Shown piece after piece: positions 60,801-64,000 of a stretch of DNA of 64,000 bases (positions within the stretch are counted from its first letter, which is position 1; every line of letters starts with the position of its first letter). This stretch comes from Prolixibacteraceae bacterium. GTDB lineage: Bacteria > Bacteroidota > Bacteroidia > Bacteroidales > Prolixibacteraceae. The notes under the pieces are model-generated. The model searched no databases. It saw nothing but the letters and a program-made list of their open reading frames with translations, and was not told where the DNA came from. The DNA is taken from the NCBI GenBank assembly GCA_016649735.1, contig JAENXA010000001.1, forward strand, positions 2,664-66,663, given 5' to 3'. A program made the position numbers and the translations under genes.

Positions 60801-62601
60801 AGGCTTTTACCTGCAACTTATCATAATTAGATAGCGCATCTAATAACTCTGTATCGTTTTGTTCTTTGGCTATTTTTTCTACTTCAGACTTAAATATGCC
60901 TTCTTCGTCTACGGCATTTTCTTTTAGTAATTTACCTATTGTATTTACTGAAGTTCCTCTCTTTTCATATTCATCCCATAGTTCATCCGACTTTGCCCTT
61001 AATTTAGCAGGGTCAAGATTCATCTTTGAGATATTACGGATAGCATTATCTGTGGTGGTCAGATACGATACGTATGCTCTCTTTGCCACGGACTGCTTAA
61101 CGATATTGGTCACGTCCTGTTTGAACTCCGGTGCTGAGAATATGAAGCCTGTGATTGCTCCTGTCCACTTCTCTCCTCCCTTTATTCTTGAATCTCCTTC
61201 AAATAATGCTGAGTTTGCTAATGCGCTTGCAGATGTTTTTGCCAATGCCTTGCCTGTGACCACTTCTTTTACTGCATTTTCAATAAACACTTTCCCTACA
61301 CGCCCACCTGCTAACTTCTGCACCATCTCACCAAATCTTCCGGCAGTAATACCCATACCTTCATAAGTTACTCCTGCGAGCCCTCCTCCTCCTGTGGCTT
61401 TTGCAACTTCTTTGATTCCGCCTCCTTCTCTTGCTTTTGTCGTACCCTGCATGGTAGCCAAATAGGTAGGGAACATCGGTATCCGTGCCATGTCATATTT
61501 TGCAAGAGCATTAAGTTTTAATGTTGGCATTGACCTTACCGTGGCAATATCAAATGCAACGCTTCCAAGAGTAGACAAGACACTACCTGCTATATTCTCC
61601 GGTATTGCTTTCGGATTACCTGCTTTTTCAATAGCAGTAGCAAGATTATCAATATTGTCTTTACTGAATGCTCCTATTATTGGCAGGTCTTTAAATGACT
61701 GCTCGAGATACTTAGTTATTGCCTTGGCATTTTTACCACCAATCTTATTGATATAGTATTCCATGGTGTTCTGAGGCAGGTTTATGAACTCCCCTACGTT
61801 GCGTATTGCCTCGCCAAATCTCTTATTAAATGCTTGTGGTGCTGCGGTGATGTAGTTCTCTGCGGTAACAGCTTCTCCTGATGCGTGAGTACCTTTTACT
61901 GTGGCATCTGTCAATGCAGAATAACCCTCGTCATAGACTGAAGGCTTTTGTCTTGTTCTTTCTACCCCTTGTTCGTCTGTATATAACTCATTTCCTAATT
62001 TGGACTCTGCTTCAACTGTTTTGTTATGTGTCTCATGTTCTTTAGATTTCAACACCTTCCCATCCAATCCTATTGAGTAGAAATGATAATTAGGGTCTTC
62101 TTTTACATAATCATTTATTGTAGATTTTAAATCACCACTTGATTTCTCTGATTCATAGAATCCTCGGTAGTCATAATCCTTACTATCAGGTTCTCCTCCC
62201 ATCCATTTCTGAAAGTTAGTTTCGTCCTGAGAGGATAATTGAGTCTTTTTAAACTCTGACTTGTTTTTAGGAACTTCTAAAGTAGCTGTTACTTCTGTCG
62301 GAGTAGTCGCCTCATCTTTTGCAATACTGCCATTATTTTCCGGTGAATTTTCTGAAAAAGTCTCTGAAGTAGGATAGATATAGTCTGAAATACCTTTTTT
62401 TTTTAAGCCTAACGTCTCCGAAAAGCTTTCATAGGTATCTGGCGCATCAAACTTATTATTTTTCAGATAATCATAATACTGTTTTGCACTCGCCTCATCT
62501 GATAATGTTTTCTGAAATGATTCGTAAGTACTTGGGATATCAGCTTTCGCACCTTTTAGATAGGTGTAGTATTTCTGTAAGTTATCAGTTTCTACTTCCA
62601 T
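54829..62601 (-). CDS. giant 2590-aa multidomain protein (virion-packaged or ejected protein candidate)
   Basis: Uninterrupted ATG ORF. Contains an N-terminal 31-aa-period repeat, Gly-rich hydrophobic segments, long Lys/Glu coiled-coil linkers, an internal GNAT-like segment (GKGIGQNVIKYAMENL) and a conserved-looking ~900-aa C-terminal region. Function not recognisable. Confidence 0.6.
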   Translation of the reverse strand: MEVETDNLQKYYTYLKGAKADIPSTYESFQKTLSDEASAKQYYDYLKNNKFDAPDTYESFSETLGLKKKGISDYIYPTSETFSENSPENNGSIAKDEATTPTEVTATLEVPKNKSEFKKTQLSSQDETNFQKWMGGEPDSKDYDYRGFYESEKSSGDLKSTINDYVKEDPNYHFYSIGLDGKVLKSKEHETHNKTVEAESKLGNELYTDEQGVERTRQKPSVYDEGYSALTDATVKGTHASGEAVTAENYITAAPQAFNKRFGEAIRNVGEFINLPQNTMEYYINKIGGKNAKAITKYLEQSFKDLPIIGAFSKDNIDNLATAIEKAGNPKAIPENIAGSVLSTLGSVAFDIATVRSMPTLKLNALAKYDMARIPMFPTYLATMQGTTKAREGGGIKEVAKATGGGGLAGVTYEGMGITAGRFGEMVQKLAGGRVGKVFIENAVKEVVTGKALAKTSASALANSALFEGDSRIKGGEKWTGAITGFIFSAPEFKQDVTNIVKQSVAKRAYVSYLTTTDNAIRNISKMNLDPAKLRAKSDELWDEYEKRGTSVNTIGKLLKENAVDEEGIFKSEVEKIAKEQNDTELLDALSNYDKLQVKAFGQDADIDVISNEVKPRGLIEDMYKVLRHGNKANKAFKPIEDIVYQRIKDYEQNLTEGKPDAGKVETTGLRTKHEILEEKTIIDNMINVNAVTQSIIENPTAFLNEIKKDTRLSDTEKAKWTEKIRKTVNFADPRIDEAMPIYDKIAELKLSIQEAETLYPDENVRNEKVTIIEEQIKEQEKLASKTINRPLGAQPKYEMAGNSIEKDEALNLIKQAENVGDLEGLKIQNDATVEKALEDKFGEEAVAKKAEEAKKSETAPKEVKSTSEFPEGMTPSIEKTRSGDRIKITNEEGVVASRFNLKSVDVEGAQYWEGGSLATGKESEGKGIGQNVIKYAMENLPEGHEGLYFPEPTITNKTAVPHLFEKFGKIYDVTTNDKGDVFIKPKVEVKPEPKKLTKKQQAEVARAQAALDKASKPKKSANISPDSESGKILNTTPSDLTDHIAQFLLSGKTLSRADFLRFSNYGNNDIRDAGLSFFLNKEKGVSFDVLHESLASEFGRKNMEEITPDEILNAIDALKDVKGKINRGSIIAKFKERHKEVDWQDKEILSPEERAKIDLDNDIEIVKSTGEFTDLIKEAEGDKDIEDAIKAFQTELGSGEFDWNYIKEKIKTDPEFFVNNWLFDLKPEQIKKLNEILSSHGEQIEFSQRAAQPPVAEVKGEGDIVPGRIEAPPGENGGKKVQGSEEIKPKQNEKPINEPNPPIIKGEENQLSGSTETGKKPVIAEGEAKPITAGKSTKGTELNDAVSKYGWSAVKNPEGFWLQNKDGKPVVKVVVNTKKGTYKFMDMSGTKLMDGRGQIEKSAEKLLKDRYYAKEVKPSIEELKNTPQGKLIAGVGGKIAELQSRQAKADNYQRQIEAYEKNPSQKIKDNIIKLEKELEYAQSYFELNPEAKIETPVKETPKITDKELNDLFPDDIVSVKLKDGTTQDMSFRGWDKGKAIVTNRKVGQFPVEKSDIVGVVKKARPSEPSEPSVEETPTQGIKFKDKTYTNVDQVMDAIDKGDITFEESKKLREDVGNFEENLRKTAQDNSVNMDKKMGNSTKESEDRMLNELGKKKGEEGKVAIRFLPPDPIPLMNTILYKQLVKVRDAVANTIANTLHKGMKSQMDLLRWPSKSITNFWGGLGRTQADIHGKGGKPGKLAFTGTVKSFAPYEAKELRGKWLEMVHSDPEQLRRVLDVLDPDPDFAIEKLSYGDLSLAEKNLYFKMRDWNTWVHETNYAIGMLDTETYLKNKDVTGDSKYIARMYDKYEGETLLDPAIQEFINRGNSAITTKMMTDMFKAREETTEWKKEHAIRDPTYLTGKRVMQTIQNVAINDYQSLIIQEHPDFVLPLKKGESTPKGYTRLGSSYSWGQFRNKAVINHVVEDFTGFYYSNAVANDLYNSFKKVDRSNVNQFYKKLRTVYNPMVQLGNVTGNIFFASANGINPISFLGNAYEAINLSRKNPEAYKALLKTGLIGDVAFTGELKPISAIKSKEGGVLSKADEIATKSYVGADNIAKISAYLAFREQGMSHEASVRRAYDAFQNYSTVGKTWDLTSKIPLVGPTFAKFQADLQRILVNNITTTPLTLIGTLMLIKMGGILASTLSGETEEERKVREGRKGVAKIPIVNIPLSFKVGKSEVNVARYLSPLYNYNYADAGAQLSEISKFLPIQLSKVNRPILGETANLPAFADATWGWIGAVVFDRDYRGISIQNPNASVYHNANITTDERILNVMTYIARSQVPFFKGAQDMYAGIRGNLDYYGRKRDWKQTILNNVIKIQEFDKPELKVYVERNIDYLTNRYTALAQRMGDANSDFLKTIKNAEEKGLSVDAMARAYEVADKKRSGQLQKSMDEQVPVMKELERLTGVYSKWYPQDPSIQENYQNMQSGINQRFNVLNDIDLQKKYPSEYSILKKNDLLNKPIIPAYWQGRQLSEQERKTYSNIYWSEYVRNLNQMGLTTQEEMDDAKRRITNIIESTTRPTPEKTTTLQEMAADAASTARDIANGSIR

Positions 62602-63893
62602 GATATTCCGCTATTTTTAAGTACTGAATTTCTCCCTGCTGCCTTAGGGTCTGCTCCCGGGAGAATATCCTTCAATGTCTTTTTCTTACCATCAACCATT
62701 ATTGGTAATTCATCTGACTTGGCAAGATTCTTTCTCGGTATTGATATGGTGGTATTGTTCTTTATCCACGGATAACGTGCGTCCTGAGACACCTTAAAAA
62801 GAAGAGCATCTGTCTGGGGATCATAAAACAATAAGTTTCCTTCTATTGGACCTCCTGCTGCGGGGATGGGTTCCCATGAGTTTTCAGTTGAATATTCACC
62901 TCCTGCAGGGGGAATAAAGAAAGTCTTTGCTACGGGAAAAGAAAAATCATACCTTTCATTAAAATTTCTACCTCCATATTGTATGTTATCGACTTGATGT
63001 TCTCCTGGTATTATCTTTCCTGAGGCATGAAGAAAACTGAAAGGTACTCCTTTGCTCTCTGTATCAGTTTCCTGCAATTGACGTGTTAGTTTTCCTCTGG
63101 CCGCATCACTATAATTTGCGATATAGTAATCTTTCAAAGGGACGACATCATAAACTGGATTCCTTGCCTTTTCTGCTTTCAATGCACGCATCTCCGGTTC
63201 TGGCATCCTGTCAAATAGATTTCCATAATCCTTGGCTTGCTGTGCCTCCTGTGCCGCATTGGGTTTTCCTGTAACCGGGTCGACCATTACCTGAGTGATA
63301 CGTTCCTTATTATCATCGGTGTATTTATCCACATTACCCATTGTTGGGTTCTTTATCAATAAATTATCATACAAACTCTGAGTCTCGAGTACTCCTCCTT
63401 TGAATTTTCTGGCAGCCTCTATGTTTGCTTTTGTAGCCTCTTGGTCATATACTTGCTTTTCTTTTGGCAATTTACTATCCTCAAATGCTGCTTTGCTCTG
63501 CAATTCAAGAATTTTCTTATTTGCCGTCATCACATCAACCTTCTTCATAGACTCTTCCTGCGTTTTCATGATTGCCTGATAAGCCTTTATCTCTAATGGT
63601 GTCGTAGGACTAAATACATTAACCCCTGATGTTTGAAGTTTAATAAATGCTTCTTTTGCCCTTGCCTGATCACCTAACACCTCATTAACACCTCGTTCTC
63701 CATATAAGTCTTTAAGGTCAAGCGTAAGGTTATCAAGTCCTTTGGCAATATTCCTTTGGTTCTCGGCTCGCCTCTGCATGTTCCGTTGATACTTGACCAT
63801 AGTCTGCCTTCTCGAAAACTCAATAGGGTCGTGAGATGATTCACCAAGGAACGGTGCTGCCTGCATTGCAGGGTCTATATTGCCTTTTGCCAT
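62592..63893 (-). CDS. hypothetical protein (virion-module candidate)
   Basis: 433-aa ATG ORF. Overlaps the giant ORF start by 10 nt. Confidence 0.5.
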   Translation of the reverse strand: MAKGNIDPAMQAAPFLGESSHDPIEFSRRQTMVKYQRNMQRRAENQRNIAKGLDNLTLDLKDLYGERGVNEVLGDQARAKEAFIKLQTSGVNVFSPTTPLEIKAYQAIMKTQEESMKKVDVMTANKKILELQSKAAFEDSKLPKEKQVYDQEATKANIEAARKFKGGVLETQSLYDNLLIKNPTMGNVDKYTDDNKERITQVMVDPVTGKPNAAQEAQQAKDYGNLFDRMPEPEMRALKAEKARNPVYDVVPLKDYYIANYSDAARGKLTRQLQETDTESKGVPFSFLHASGKIIPGEHQVDNIQYGGRNFNERYDFSFPVAKTFFIPPAGGEYSTENSWEPIPAAGGPIEGNLLFYDPQTDALLFKVSQDARYPWIKNNTTISIPRKNLAKSDELPIMVDGKKKTLKDILPGADPKAAGRNSVLKNSGISWK

Positions 63894-63897
63894 GATA

Positions 63898-64000
63898 TTA
63901 TGGTTGTTTACTTAAAAGTCCTTGAATTATCCTCACAGCCTCATCGGAATTATATCCTCCGGCATTCCCATTATTGTTCTTTCCCCACATGAGTGAAGAG
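63898..64000 (-). CDS. 3' end of a gene that starts beyond the window
   Basis: The frame reads ...SSLMWGKNNNGNAGGYNSDEAVRIIQGLLSKQP-stop (TAA 63898-63900), 4 nt before the next ATG. Confidence 0.4.
   Translation of the reverse strand, partial: SSLMWGKNNNGNAGGYNSDEAVRIIQGLLSKQP

Noticed and set aside
54829-62601. Stop-codon reassignment (TAG or TGA recoding), as seen in some gut phages.
   Set aside because: The 2590-aa ORF, the structural genes and the replication genes are all uninterrupted in the standard code, so there is no sign of recoding.
1-64000. Diversity-generating retroelement, retron, or another reverse-transcriptase-based system.
   Set aside because: No ORF shows reverse-transcriptase motifs (YxDD), and I noticed no template/variable repeat pair.

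Overview
The window is a contiguous stretch of a tailed dsDNA bacteriophage genome. I see no integrase, rRNA or host housekeeping genes. Genes are tightly packed and almost all on the minus strand, except a roughly 7 kb plus-strand accessory island at 28.5-35.5 kb.

Layout, left to right:
- 1-4.3 kb: virion genes and a lysis cassette with a GH108 endolysin, a holin-like protein, a papain-family C1 protease and an exported beta-rich protein.
- 4.6-12.9 kb: head module on the minus strand, transcribed TerL, portal, scaffold, major capsid.
- 12.9-17.7 kb: a 7-gene island of glycosyltransferases, methyltransferases and a B12-binding radical SAM enzyme, next to TerL.
- 17.7-28 kb: many small early-type genes with several homing-endonuclease-like ORFs.
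- 24.7-25.1 kb: the standout feature, a candidate circularly permuted (two-piece) tmRNA gene.
- 28.0-28.6 kb: a 600-bp divergent control region containing a G-quadruplex motif.
- 28.5-35.5 kb: the plus-strand island of very acidic small proteins and exported or membrane proteins.
- 35.6-54.7 kb: a recombination and replication module. It holds a RecT-like protein, a minimal PolX-like protein, a DUF3127-like OB-fold protein, RusA, a YqaJ-type exonuclease, a GroES-like protein, a gp4-like primase-helicase and a GIY-YIG endonuclease.
- 54.8-62.6 kb: a 2590-aa giant ORF followed by a strong terminator.

Host inference: start codons lack Shine-Dalgarno sequences and have A-rich leaders, several TAnnTTTG (-7 type) boxes are present, and the tmRNA 5' end looks Bacteroidota-like. 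These point to a Bacteroidota host, but this is inference only.

Limits: all functional calls rest on motifs read by eye from the translations, not on database searches. Many ORF-track starts are TTG or GTG, so I moved those starts to the first plausible ATG.
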